Source: Candidatus Fokinia solitaria (GTDB taxonomy: Bacteria > Pseudomonadota > Alphaproteobacteria > Rickettsiales > Midichloriaceae). Taken from it: a DNA stretch of 32,000 nt. The position numbers were made by a program, and so were the translations under genes. The notes under the pieces were generated by a model. That model was not told the DNA's origin and made no database searches. It was given only the letters and a program-made list of their open reading frames with translations. The stretch spans positions 480,001 through 512,000 of the forward strand of contig NZ_CP025989.1 of the NCBI RefSeq assembly GCF_003072485.1, written 5' to 3'. Shown piece after piece: positions 9,915-18,758 of this stretch (within the stretch, counting starts at the first letter, position 1; each line of letters starts with the position of its first letter).

Positions 9915-12900
9915 ATGAGAAACAGTATAGGAAATGAAACTTTTCAAGCAGCCTTGGAACAAGCGATAGGCAACAACAAAGGATACATTGAAGCTGATGA
10001 GCTCTTAAAGGCAATAGAGCAATATAATAGTAAAAAACAAATAACAGTAAACGTAAATAAGGATTTCCATACTGTTATTGACGCACTCCATGCACAAAAT
10101 AGTGGAAATTATATAAGAGTAGAAGATGTGACTAATCTACTTGAGGGGCGAAAAATAGAAAAGCCAACAACACTTACTCAGGATGAGCTAACGCAAATGC
10201 TGCAATTAAATGAAGGTTTATTGAAAAATCTAGAAGAAATAGAAAAGGAAAATAAAACTCATCTAGAGACTATTACGCAATTAGAGAGTGCAAACAGTGA
10301 TTTAACTACAAAAATACAATTTCAAGAGCGAAAGGATGATCTCGCTGCTAAAGCGCTAAACGACATAGGAGACTTTGCATCTCGGCTCAATGAAAAGCTT
10401 CTAATACAACATAGTAACAAAGCAACGCTTTCCGAGCAATTGCAAACTGCTTTCAACAAGTTAGAAAATTCACATCAACAAGAAAAGAACCTAGCTGAGG
10501 CACTTCTTAAGAAGAAAGAAGATGAATTTCAAAACAAAATCAAAGCTCTTGAAGGGAAAATATCAGATCAAGAGACATTATTGAGCTTCACTAAAAGAAA
10601 TAATGAAACAGCAAAAACGCAAGAGAAGAGTACGCCTCCTACACGGCAATTTCAGAAAAACCTAGAAACAACGCCAAATCAAATACTTATAAAAAAAATC
10701 ACAGAAAGCAAAGCAGAAATCGAACGATTACAGAAAGAACTTGATGATGCTAAGAATGCAATGCAAAGCTTAAAGAGAAATTCTCATTTACAAATTTCGA
10801 CTTCAGATAAAGGAGTCAGTACCGAACTTTTTCAACATAACCTTGAACTTAAACAAGAAAAGGATAAAAGAATACTAGAAAATCAAAATCTCAATCGGCA
10901 ATTGACAACCATTGAACAAATCAATGCTAAACTAAAAGAAGAAAATGCTAAACTCCAACAGGACAAGCAAAACGCTGAACAAAACGCATTGCTTCAATTA
11001 GCAAAGGAACAGACAAAAGATCTAGAATCTAAGAAGGCATTTTTAGATGACAAACAAAATATTCGGCAAATAAAGGATAATCTTAATCAACTGCAACATG
11101 ATATCACCAAATTACAAGATGGCGATGCTAAAACAGAAAAAGAACAACTGCAAAAGCAATTTTCCGCTATTCGCACGCAACTTCTTACTGAACCTAAACA
11201 AGCAGAAGTAAGTGACAAAAAACTAGAAGTAAGTGACAAAGGACTGAAAGAGACTTTAGAAAAATCTAAGAAAAAACTCGCTACTGCTATAGAAAACTTC
11301 TTCACGGCTTACATTGCATTAGACTCAGATCAAAAACTAAAACTAGAGACGCAAGACGCGACGACTCATACTCAGCTAGACCAAGCTAAAAACCTAGAAT
11401 TAGTAACGCAAACCATAAAAATGCAGCTAACACAACTCCTCAGCAGTAAACAGAACTTGAGCATTGCCCGACAGAAACTACAAAAAGCACAGCATGAATT
11501 CTCCACTGCTAAAGACGCTATAGAACAATCAAATATTACACAACAAAAGCAGAAAATCACAAACTCTGAGATGCTACCTAACGCCACTCAACAGAATACT
11601 ACACAAGAGAATCAAGTAATAGAAAGTATTACACTGCTAGAACAGAAATGCACACAATCTGAGCAGCATACTACAGCACTCATTCAACTAGCAGAGGCCG
11701 TTACTACACTAGAAAAAGATGTTATTTCACTAGAAAAGAAAAAAGCAGCACTACAAGAGACCTTCTCTAAGGCTGAACAAGATTTCTCTGAAGCTAAGGC
11801 ACGACTAGAAGAAGCTAACAAAGCACATCTACAAATAGATGGGCAAAGAATACGACAGGATCTCGAAAGAAGAAAAGAGAAAATGAAAAATAAATCTATA
11901 ACATTGGAACAGCAACAAGTAGAAGAAAAGACAAAGAAGGAACTAGCAGAATCTGAAGAGAATGTTAAAAATGCACAAAATGAATTTCTCAAAGCTAAAA
12001 AACAACTTGATCTTGCGCAACAAGATACGAAAGAGGTAAAAATACAAGAAAGGAAATACGCAGAATCTCTACAAAAGCTCTCTACTAAAAAAAATCAATT
12101 AGAACTCTCCATTGCTAAAAATCAGCTTTCCATCGCTCAAGCACAAGCTAAAGAATCTCTACAAGAGACAATCAAAAATTATGAAGAGAAACTAGAAATC
12201 GCTAATAAAGAGACGAAAACACTACAACAGAATGCACAACAACTAAATCAGCAAATCCTAAACTATCAAAACCAACTCCAAGAATCTCAAAATAAAACCT
12301 CTGTACTACAAAAGGAAAGTCAAGAATATAAAGACAAACTAGAAATCGCTAATCAGCAACTCACAGAATCTGCTCAGAACCTAGCAAACGCTAATCAGCA
12401 AACCTCTGAACTACAAAACCAAATCAACTCCGCTGAACTACAAATCAAAGAATCTGCTCAGAACCTAGCAAACGCTAATCAGCAAACCGATGAACTACAA
12501 AAACAACTCAAAGAATCTGATAACAAGAAAAAACAACTAGAACAGCAAACCGATGAACTACAAAAGGAAATCCAAGAATCTCAAAACAAACTCAAAGAAT
12601 CTGCTCAAAAACTAGAAATTGCTAATCAGCAAACCTCTGTACTACAAAACAAACTCAAAGATTATGAAGACAAACTAGAAATCGCTAATAAAGAGAAACT
12701 AAAAGTAGAAGAGAAGGCACAACAACTACAAATCCAAATCCAAGAATCTCAAAACAAACTCACCTCCGCTAATCAGCAAATCAAAGATTATAATGACAAA
12801 CTAGAAATCGCTAATAAAGAGAAACTACAACTACAAAAGGAAATCCAAGAATCTCAAAACAAACTCAAAGAATCTGATAACAAGACAAAACAACTAGAAC

Positions 12901-13415
12901 TAGATAAACAACAACTAGAACAGCAAACCGATGAACTACAAAAACAACTCAAAGAATCTGATAACAAGAAAAAACAACTAGAACAGCAAACCGATGAACT
13001 ACAAAAGGAAATCCAAGAATATAAAAAACAAATCCAAAACTATCAAAACAAACTCCAAGAATCTGATAACAAGACAAAACAACTAGAGCGAGATAACCAA
13101 AAACTACAACAGAATACGAAACAACTACAAAAGAATCTCATAAAATCTCAAAAACAGCGTAAAGCTTCTCTTGAAAAAATCGACAATTCTTTGCAGAACA
13201 GACTACGTCTAATGATAGAGCAGCTACAATCATTGACATCTAGTTTAGAAGAAGCAGAACGGAAAAAAAAGACAGGAAAGAGCGGCTTACCTCTTCGTAA
13301 AGTAAACAATATTCTGCAGAGTATGCAGCAAGATCCCTCTAGAATAGCAGCGCAAAGCGGCATTTTACAATCGACTCAGAAGGAGCGGCAGCCTTCTTCT
13401 CTACACAAGCAATAA
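9915..13415 (+). CDS. Large (1166 aa) repetitive coiled-coil protein, function unknown
   Basis: Single open frame rich in Q/K/E/L/N with near-continuous heptad character and internal DNA repeats. No N-terminal signal or TM segment is visible. It sits between dsbD-like and tatD genes without overlap. Confidence 0.85.
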   Translation: MRNSIGNETFQAALEQAIGNNKGYIEADELLKAIEQYNSKKQITVNVNKDFHTVIDALHAQNSGNYIRVEDVTNLLEGRKIEKPTTLTQDELTQMLQLNEGLLKNLEEIEKENKTHLETITQLESANSDLTTKIQFQERKDDLAAKALNDIGDFASRLNEKLLIQHSNKATLSEQLQTAFNKLENSHQQEKNLAEALLKKKEDEFQNKIKALEGKISDQETLLSFTKRNNETAKTQEKSTPPTRQFQKNLETTPNQILIKKITESKAEIERLQKELDDAKNAMQSLKRNSHLQISTSDKGVSTELFQHNLELKQEKDKRILENQNLNRQLTTIEQINAKLKEENAKLQQDKQNAEQNALLQLAKEQTKDLESKKAFLDDKQNIRQIKDNLNQLQHDITKLQDGDAKTEKEQLQKQFSAIRTQLLTEPKQAEVSDKKLEVSDKGLKETLEKSKKKLATAIENFFTAYIALDSDQKLKLETQDATTHTQLDQAKNLELVTQTIKMQLTQLLSSKQNLSIARQKLQKAQHEFSTAKDAIEQSNITQQKQKITNSEMLPNATQQNTTQENQVIESITLLEQKCTQSEQHTTALIQLAEAVTTLEKDVISLEKKKAALQETFSKAEQDFSEAKARLEEANKAHLQIDGQRIRQDLERRKEKMKNKSITLEQQQVEEKTKKELAESEENVKNAQNEFLKAKKQLDLAQQDTKEVKIQERKYAESLQKLSTKKNQLELSIAKNQLSIAQAQAKESLQETIKNYEEKLEIANKETKTLQQNAQQLNQQILNYQNQLQESQNKTSVLQKESQEYKDKLEIANQQLTESAQNLANANQQTSELQNQINSAELQIKESAQNLANANQQTDELQKQLKESDNKKKQLEQQTDELQKEIQESQNKLKESAQKLEIANQQTSVLQNKLKDYEDKLEIANKEKLKVEEKAQQLQIQIQESQNKLTSANQQIKDYNDKLEIANKEKLQLQKEIQESQNKLKESDNKTKQLELDKQQLEQQTDELQKQLKESDNKKKQLEQQTDELQKEIQEYKKQIQNYQNKLQESDNKTKQLERDNQKLQQNTKQLQKNLIKSQKQRKASLEKIDNSLQNRLRLMIEQLQSLTSSLEEAERKKKTGKSGLPLRKVNNILQSMQQDPSRIAAQSGILQSTQKERQPSSLHKQ
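11205..11246 (+). repeat. Tandem 21-bp (one-heptad) duplication inside the coiled-coil gene
   Basis: gaagtaagtgacaaaaaacta / gaagtaagtgacaaaggactg, 18/21 identical; encodes EVSDKKL-EVSDKGL. Confidence 0.8.
12365..12404 (+). repeat. 40-bp perfect direct repeat, copy 1 (copy 2 at 12449-12488)
   Basis: agaatctgctcagaacctagcaaacgctaatcagcaaacc occurs twice, 84 bp (28 aa, 4 heptads) apart. Confidence 0.92.
12449..12488 (+). repeat. 40-bp perfect direct repeat, copy 2
   Basis: Identical to 12365-12404. Confidence 0.92.
12480..12579 (+). repeat. 100-bp perfect direct repeat, copy 1 (copy 2 at 12921-13020)
   Basis: cagcaaaccgatgaactacaaaaacaactcaaagaatctgataacaagaaaaaacaactagaacagcaaaccgatgaactacaaaaggaaatccaagaat is identical in both copies, offset 441 bp (147 aa, 21 heptads). 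Confidence 0.93.
12921..13020 (+). repeat. 100-bp perfect direct repeat, copy 2
   Basis: Identical to 12480-12579. Confidence 0.93.
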
Positions 13416-13421
13416 AATCTT

Positions 13422-14222
13422 TCAAATCTCTCTAAAAAACTTATTACGCATATCATTTCTATCAAACAATGCGAAAAAATTATCTGTAGTAATTTTACCT
13501 ATTTCTTCTATCGTCACTCCGCGCAAAATAGCAATTTTTTTCGCTATCTCTACAACATTTCGTGGAAAATTCGTTTTACCACGATAAGGTACTGGAGCGA
13601 GATACGGAGAATCTGTCTCAATAAGCACTTTATCCATAGGTATTTTAGAAGCGCATTCTCGTATTATGTCGGCACCGTTAAAGGTGATAATTCCTGAAAA
13701 TGATATATAAAATCCTAAGTCAATATACGATACAGCCATATCATATGTGCCAGTAAAACAATGAATCACTCCTCTTACTCGTCCCTTAAACTTTTGAAGC
13801 GTTCTCAACATCTCATCATGAGCATCTCTCTGATGTATGACAACTGGTAAATTGCGCATCGTAGATACTTCTAACTGATACTCGAACGCTTCTATCTGTC
13901 TTACTTTATTGACATTCGGCAAATGAAAATCCAATCCTATTTCTCCTATACCTATCATTTTATGATGAGATACATACTCTTCGAAAGAGCATGTCGTTAT
14001 ATCACTATCATCAACATTTAGAGGATGAACTCCTACCGTATAGAATACGCAGTCATTCGCTAGTGCAACGCTATGCAGCTCTTTCCACTCACTTCTTTTA
14101 GTAGAAATTGTATTCAAAAGAAACACTCCAGCACGATTAGCCTCTTCTATTATAGATGCGCGATCTGCAAGCGCATTAAGATTTAGATGACAATGAGAAT
14201 CAACGAACACACGCGGATACAT
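13422..14222 (-). CDS. tatD: TatD family deoxyribonuclease/metal-dependent hydrolase
   Basis: Motifs 'FVDSHCHLN', 'GEIGLDFH', 'PVVIHQRDAHDE', 'GVIHCFTG' and 'LIETDSPYLAP'. Confidence 0.94.
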   Translation of the reverse strand: MYPRVFVDSHCHLNLNALADRASIIEEANRAGVFLLNTISTKRSEWKELHSVALANDCVFYTVGVHPLNVDDSDITTCSFEEYVSHHKMIGIGEIGLDFHLPNVNKVRQIEAFEYQLEVSTMRNLPVVIHQRDAHDEMLRTLQKFKGRVRGVIHCFTGTYDMAVSYIDLGFYISFSGIITFNGADIIRECASKIPMDKVLIETDSPYLAPVPYRGKTNFPRNVVEIAKKIAILRGVTIEEIGKITTDNFFALFDRNDMRNKFFREI

Positions 14223-14235
14223 GATTCACCGATTA

Positions 14236-14676
14236 TTAATCCTCTACACGTAATCCCATTGATCTTGCCGTACCTTCGACTACTTTCATTGCAGCTTCTA
14301 AATTATCTACGCCTATATCTTCCATCTTTATAGTAGCAACTCTCTGTACTGCTTCTCTCGTAATCTTGATGAATTCATCACGTCCAGGAGATTTTGCACC
14401 ACTTTCAAGCTTCGCTTCTTCTTTGAGTAAGAAAGACACCGGAGGCTGTTTTATTTCAAATTTGAAGGAGCGATCAGAATAAGCTTGAATCATCACAGGT
14501 ATAGGAGTTCCCTTTTTCATACCTGAAGTTCTATCATTGAACTCCTTACAAAAGGCAGCTATGTTAAGCCCTTTTTGACCAAGTGCAGGACCTATAGGAG
14601 GAGAAGGAGTAGCTGCTGCCGCAGGCACCACCAACTTTATCGTCCCTACTAACACCACATTTTTACTACCTTTCAT
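14236..14676 (-). CDS. rplK: 50S ribosomal protein L11
   Basis: 'TPSPPIGPALGQKGLNIAAFCKEFNDRT' and the C-terminal 'GTARSMGLRV'. Confidence 0.97.
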   Translation of the reverse strand: MKGSKNVVLVGTIKLVVPAAAATPSPPIGPALGQKGLNIAAFCKEFNDRTSGMKKGTPIPVMIQAYSDRSFKFEIKQPPVSFLLKEEAKLESGAKSPGRDEFIKITREAVQRVATIKMEDIGVDNLEAAMKVVEGTARSMGLRVED

Positions 14677-14710
14677 ATCAAGATAAGATAACTATTAACA
14701 AAAAGACGTA

Positions 14711-15073
14711 TTACTTACGTAGATAATTATTTTCAGCTCTGATACGTGCTGCTTTTCCTCTCAAATTTCTGAGATAGTACAACTTCGCACGTCTCACACG
14801 CCCTACTCTCACTACCTCTATCTTTGTTACTATCGGAGAGTGAAGTAAAAACACTCTCTCAATTCCTTCATCATCTACCACTTTTCTCACTCTAAAAGTT
14901 GATGAAAAACCATTATTATGACGTGCTATACAAATGCCTTGAACTATCTGTATACGCTCATTATTACCATCTTTAATTCTAACGTGCACCTTCAATGTGT
15001 CACCGCTTTTGAAACTAGGATGTTGTTCTGATGCTGCTTTCTTTTTTTCAACATAACTCTCAAGCAAGTTCAT
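14711..15073 (-). CDS. rplS: 50S ribosomal protein L19
   Basis: '[30 protein letters not shown]', 'FRVRKV', '[42 protein letters not shown]'. Confidence 0.96.
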   Translation of the reverse strand: MNLLESYVEKKKAASEQHPSFKSGDTLKVHVRIKDGNNERIQIVQGICIARHNNGFSSTFRVRKVVDDEGIERVFLLHSPIVTKIEVVRVGRVRRAKLYYLRNLRGKAARIRAENNYLRK

Positions 15074-15158
15074 AGCGGTAATATATGATCACAAGATAGC
15101 GTGAGTATAATGAAAGCTATTACCAAAGTAAATCTCAATTATTAAACTGATCTATGAC

Positions 15159-15848
15159 TTACATGAATTCATATCTCATAATCAAAAAGTTGAATACGCT
15201 CTCTCCACGCAATACTGCGCTTGCATCAGGCATTTGAAACTCGATATGCACTCTTGAATTTTGAACATTCTGAACATTTCCAAGTACATCTTTCTCATAA
15301 GATGCAAATTCAATAATACAGCCGGACGGTACATCGTTATACGGCAAAAACATCACTTGTGTAATGTTAATTGTTCTACTCTTTGAATTGCCATAAAGTA
15401 ATATCGGACTATCTGAATTCTCACTTGGCTCAATAGTACTTCTATAATCATCAGCCACCATCTCTGATGACATGGCAAGTATTTTTTGAATCACGTTCTC
15501 TCTCGATTTCTCATTTATTAAAAGTGGAGTATACGTTTCTCTCAGCACTACATAGTACTGTAACATATACTCAGCGATAGAGGCGTTAACGTCGTACTGT
15601 ACATTTAATGGTCTTACTTTTTTCACAGTAATACCCGCATTTTCATTGTATAGTACAAATGATCGCTTTTTAACCTGCGCTCCATTCAAGTATGTAGAGA
15701 AATTTAATATAAGTGTAATAGTAGCGAGAATCAGCACTATTAAGAGGAATACAAAATCTCTATAATGCGATAGATATTTTGTAAAATACCAGCATCGCAC
15801 ATCGTCAAAATATTGTTGTAGATCCATTTTATCTGTACTGTTATTCAT
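15159..15848 (-). CDS. VirB8-like type IV secretion component
   Basis: Short cytoplasmic N-terminus, one TM segment and a periplasmic domain with VirB8-like 'RCWYFTKYL' and 'EYMLQYYVVLRETY'. The supplied ORF starts at a TTG (15875). The in-frame ATG at 15848 (MNNSTDKMD...) is more plausible. Confidence 0.75.
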   Translation of the reverse strand: MNNSTDKMDLQQYFDDVRCWYFTKYLSHYRDFVFLLIVLILATITLILNFSTYLNGAQVKKRSFVLYNENAGITVKKVRPLNVQYDVNASIAEYMLQYYVVLRETYTPLLINEKSRENVIQKILAMSSEMVADDYRSTIEPSENSDSPILLYGNSKSRTINITQVMFLPYNDVPSGCIIEFASYEKDVLGNVQNVQNSRVHIEFQMPDASAVLRGESVFNFLIMRYEFM

Positions 15849-15902
15849 GACGATAAGTATACGTACATAATCCAAGATTAATTAGAATTTACGCAAATAG
15901 AA

Positions 15903-16478
15903 ATGTCAAAAGTAAAAGAACATGAAATTGAAAACTCAATCAGAAAGATATTAGAATATATAGGAGAAAACCCTGATAGAGAAGGACTATCAGAAACTCC
16001 GAAAAGAGTAGTTAAGGCATTTAAAGAGTACTTCAGCGGATATAATCAAAATCACCACGAAATACTTGGAAAAACTTTCACAGAAACTGCTGGATATAGC
16101 GATATGATAGCACTCACAAATCTCAGAGTGCAATCTCATTGCGAACATCATATTGCGCCAATAACAGGACAAGCAATTGTTGCATATATTCCAAAAAATG
16201 CAGTAGTAGGCATTAGTAAAATTTCTAGACTTGTATCAATGTATTCTCACAGACTTCAATTGCAAGAAAGACTTACAAAACAAATACTTGATGCAATAGA
16301 TGAAGTACTGACACCATATGGCACAGCGGTATATATATCAGCATCTCACTCATGTCTTTCCAAAAGAGGGATATGCGATGATGAAGCAATGGTTCAAACA
16401 TTTGCTTTTAGTGGAGATTTCCTAAATTCACAACTCGACTATAAACAAAGATTTATCGCACTAACTCAACGCGTTTAA
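15903..16478 (+). CDS. folE: GTP cyclohydrolase I
   Basis: 'NPDREGLSETPKRVVKAFKEYFSGY', 'SHCEHHIAPITGQAIVAYIPKNAVVGISKISRLV' and the downstream metal-site Cys in 'SHSCLSKRG'. Confidence 0.93.
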   Translation: MSKVKEHEIENSIRKILEYIGENPDREGLSETPKRVVKAFKEYFSGYNQNHHEILGKTFTETAGYSDMIALTNLRVQSHCEHHIAPITGQAIVAYIPKNAVVGISKISRLVSMYSHRLQLQERLTKQILDAIDEVLTPYGTAVYISASHSCLSKRGICDDEAMVQTFAFSGDFLNSQLDYKQRFIALTQRV

Positions 16479-17075
16479 TCGGTATATCATACGTATTAAC
16501 GTAGTATCTCCATATTTTTTTTGTTTTACATCACGTATTTTTGCACGGCAGTTTGCTAACATCTCTATTATTGCTGATGTTGCGCTTGATGGTATTTCAT
16601 AAAATATCATCCCCTCTTCTCTCATAAAGCTGAAACTACGCAATAACATAAGCATGCATTCAATAGCATTTATTGAGTGCTCGTATGGAGGATCAAAGTA
16701 TAATACATCATATGTTTTTCGAAGATTTGGAATGATATTTTGAAAATCTCCTCTTATTACTTCGATAGAATTACCGAACTCTGCATATGCTTTTATGAAT
16801 CTCTCAACATTTTTCAGTATTTGAGAATAAACTCTTCCATCCATTTCTATCATAGTAACAGCATCAATGCCATTTGATAACGCTTCAAAAGAGCATGCGC
16901 CAGTACCTGCGCAAACATCAAGGAAATTGCTATCTTTGAGTACTATGCCACTGTTGTGTAAAATATTAAACACCGCTTCTTTTACAATACTTTTTGTAGG
17001 CTTATATCCTGAAATATTTTGAGTAACGGAGGTAGTAAAGGGAAAGTCTTTGCATTTACCGGATAGAATTTTCAT
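16461..17075 (-). CDS. rsmD: 16S rRNA (guanine966-N2)-methyltransferase RsmD family
   Basis: 'KPTKSIVKEAVFNIL', 'FLDVCAGTGACSFEALSNG' and 'YDVLYFDPPYE'. Overlaps the folE 3' end by 18 bp. Confidence 0.88.
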   Translation of the reverse strand: MKILSGKCKDFPFTTSVTQNISGYKPTKSIVKEAVFNILHNSGIVLKDSNFLDVCAGTGACSFEALSNGIDAVTMIEMDGRVYSQILKNVERFIKAYAEFGNSIEVIRGDFQNIIPNLRKTYDVLYFDPPYEHSINAIECMLMLLRSFSFMREEGMIFYEIPSSATSAIIEMLANCRAKIRDVKQKKYGDTTLIRMIYRLNALS

Positions 17076-17097
17076 TTTTAATACATGAGTAAAAAAG

Positions 17098-17126
17098 TTG
17101 ACTATTATATAAATGGCATGTAGACA
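17098..17126 (+). promoter_or_regulatory. Candidate iscR promoter (TTGACT-17 bp-TAGACA)
   Basis: -35-like TTGACT (17098-17103), 17-bp AT-rich spacer and -10-like TAGACA (17121-17126), about 30 bp before the iscR ATG. The left half also resembles a YYGACTR IscR half-site. Pattern only. Confidence 0.3.
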
Positions 17127-17157
17127 GTTATATTGTACATATGCTTGACAGCCTTAT

Positions 17158-17610
17158 ATGTTCATCACTACTAGAACGCAATACGCAGTAATAGCTTTAC
17201 TGGAATTACAAAATAATGAAGGAAGATACATCACGTTATCGAGTATTGCAAATAAGCATTCTATCGAGCTTTCGTATCTCGAGGTAATATGTGCAAAATT
17301 AAGAAGAAATGGTATTCTTAAAGCTGCTAAAGGGCCAGGTGGTGGATATTCTCTTGTAAAGCCTGCAAATCAAATTTCACTTTTATCAGTACTTACGGCT
17401 GCCGGAGAGAAAATAAAGCTTACAAGATGTAAAGGAAAACATGGATGTATGAAAAATAATCAAAAGTGCGAAACGCACGAGTTATGGACTAGTATGGAAA
17501 GGCACATCAAGGATTATCTTCATTCTATAAATCTACCTTCCCTTAAGAGTGGTTCAGGATGTAATTTTATGCGCAGAATTATTTCTCAATATAGCAATGA
17601 TATACCTTGA
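17158..17610 (+). CDS. iscR: Rrf2-family Fe-S cluster regulator IscR
   Basis: 'MFITTRTQYAVIALLEL' winged-helix N-terminus, 'GIL KAAKGPGGGYSL' and Cys cluster 'CKGKHGCMKNNQKCETHELW'. Confidence 0.92.
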   Translation: MFITTRTQYAVIALLELQNNEGRYITLSSIANKHSIELSYLEVICAKLRRNGILKAAKGPGGGYSLVKPANQISLLSVLTAAGEKIKLTRCKGKHGCMKNNQKCETHELWTSMERHIKDYLHSINLPSLKSGSGCNFMRRIISQYSNDIP

Positions 17611-18742
17611 TCATAATGCCACTACACATCTTGACGAAGATGTATTAGCTTTCTTAAGAGAAATAGAAGGAGAACCGCAAAATGCATCCTCTATACACTC
17701 TTATGGTGAACGTGCAAAGCGAGCACTAGATTCTGCAAGAGTTAGCGTATTGGACACACTCGGATGTGATAAGAAATTATATAATGTAGCTTTCACTTCT
17801 TCCGGCACAGAGGCAAATAATATCGTAATTAATAGCTGGATAAGCAACGACTACAGCATACTTACACCTGCTACTGAACATAAATCCATTTTAGAATCGG
17901 TAAAACGTTCACAGAAATACGAAATAATAAATGTTCACTCTAATGGCACGTTGGATTTTTCAAATTTAGAAAAATCGATTATCGAACTGAAGCGGCGTAA
18001 TAATAAGGTCGCAATATCGGTGATGTACGCTAATAATGAAACGGGCGTTATTCATCCACTTAAGGAAATATATGCACTTAGCCAAAAGCACGAGTGCATA
18101 CTACATACCGATATATCGCAAGCATTAGGAAAGATGCATCTTTCCTTTCACGAGATAAAATCGGATTACATTACATTTAGCGGACATAAGATAGGCGCAA
18201 TGACAGGTACAGGATGTTTGCTATTCAAAAATCATGTGCCAATAGAAAAAATGATGTACGGTGGCGAACAAGAATATGGCATAAGGCCAAGTACTCAGAA
18301 TTCAGTTGGAATTGCCACCATCGAAATAGCACTACGAAACACGTCTCAAAAGATCCAACAAATGGACACTACTATCAGAATTCTAAGAGATAAAATTGAA
18401 AAAGAGTTGTTAGAATATAGTATTTCTTCTGACACTAATAAGCTCTTCTTTATAGGAAATGAAGTAGAGAGAATACCAAATACGTCATGTATAGGTATAA
18501 AAGGAGTAGATGCAAACACTCAAGCTATAATACTTGATATGATGAAATGTGCAGTAGGAATAGGTGCGGCCTGTTCTTCTGGAATAACTGAAGCTTCTCA
18601 CGTTTTACTTGCGATGGGGTATTCATCAGAAGAAGCAAGTAACGCTATCAGAATTAGTCTCGGCAGAAAAAATACCGATGACGAAATAGAGGCATTTCTC
18701 AATGCATGGAAAAACATGTATTCAAAAGTCACTAAAAAATGA
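17597..18742 (+). CDS. Cysteine desulfurase family protein (IscS/NifS-like paralog)
   Basis: '[16 protein letters not shown]', '[12 protein letters not shown]', 'EHKSIL', PLP-lysine 'SGHK' and catalytic-Cys loop 'GAACSSG'. The homologous start is the ATG at 17597, overlapping iscR by 14 bp, not the ORF-track start at 17549. Confidence 0.9.
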   Translation: MIYLDHNATTHLDEDVLAFLREIEGEPQNASSIHSYGERAKRALDSARVSVLDTLGCDKKLYNVAFTSSGTEANNIVINSWISNDYSILTPATEHKSILESVKRSQKYEIINVHSNGTLDFSNLEKSIIELKRRNNKVAISVMYANNETGVIHPLKEIYALSQKHECILHTDISQALGKMHLSFHEIKSDYITFSGHKIGAMTGTGCLLFKNHVPIEKMMYGGEQEYGIRPSTQNSVGIATIEIALRNTSQKIQQMDTTIRILRDKIEKELLEYSISSDTNKLFFIGNEVERIPNTSCIGIKGVDANTQAIILDMMKCAVGIGAACSSGITEASHVLLAMGYSSEEASNAIRISLGRKNTDDEIEAFLNAWKNMYSKVTKK

Positions 18743-18758
18743 ATTTACGATCACTACA

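Noticed and set aside
11087-11992. Three antisense ORFs (72, 71 and 102 aa) within the coiled-coil gene
   Set aside because: Ser/Phe/Cys-rich shadows of the Lys/Glu/Gln-rich sense frame, with no independent signal.
12165-13140. CRISPR-like array
   Set aside because: The repeats are in-frame, irregularly spaced in multiples of 21 bp, and lie inside a continuous coding frame. There are no uniform repeat/spacer units and no cas genes nearby.
17549-17596. N-terminal 16-residue extension of the first cysteine desulfurase
   Set aside because: The extension lies inside iscR, and family similarity begins at the ATG at 17597 ([10 protein letters not shown]).
18702-18758. N-terminal 19-residue extension of IscS
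   Set aside because: It overlaps the end of the preceding gene, and family similarity begins at [15 protein letters not shown] (18759).
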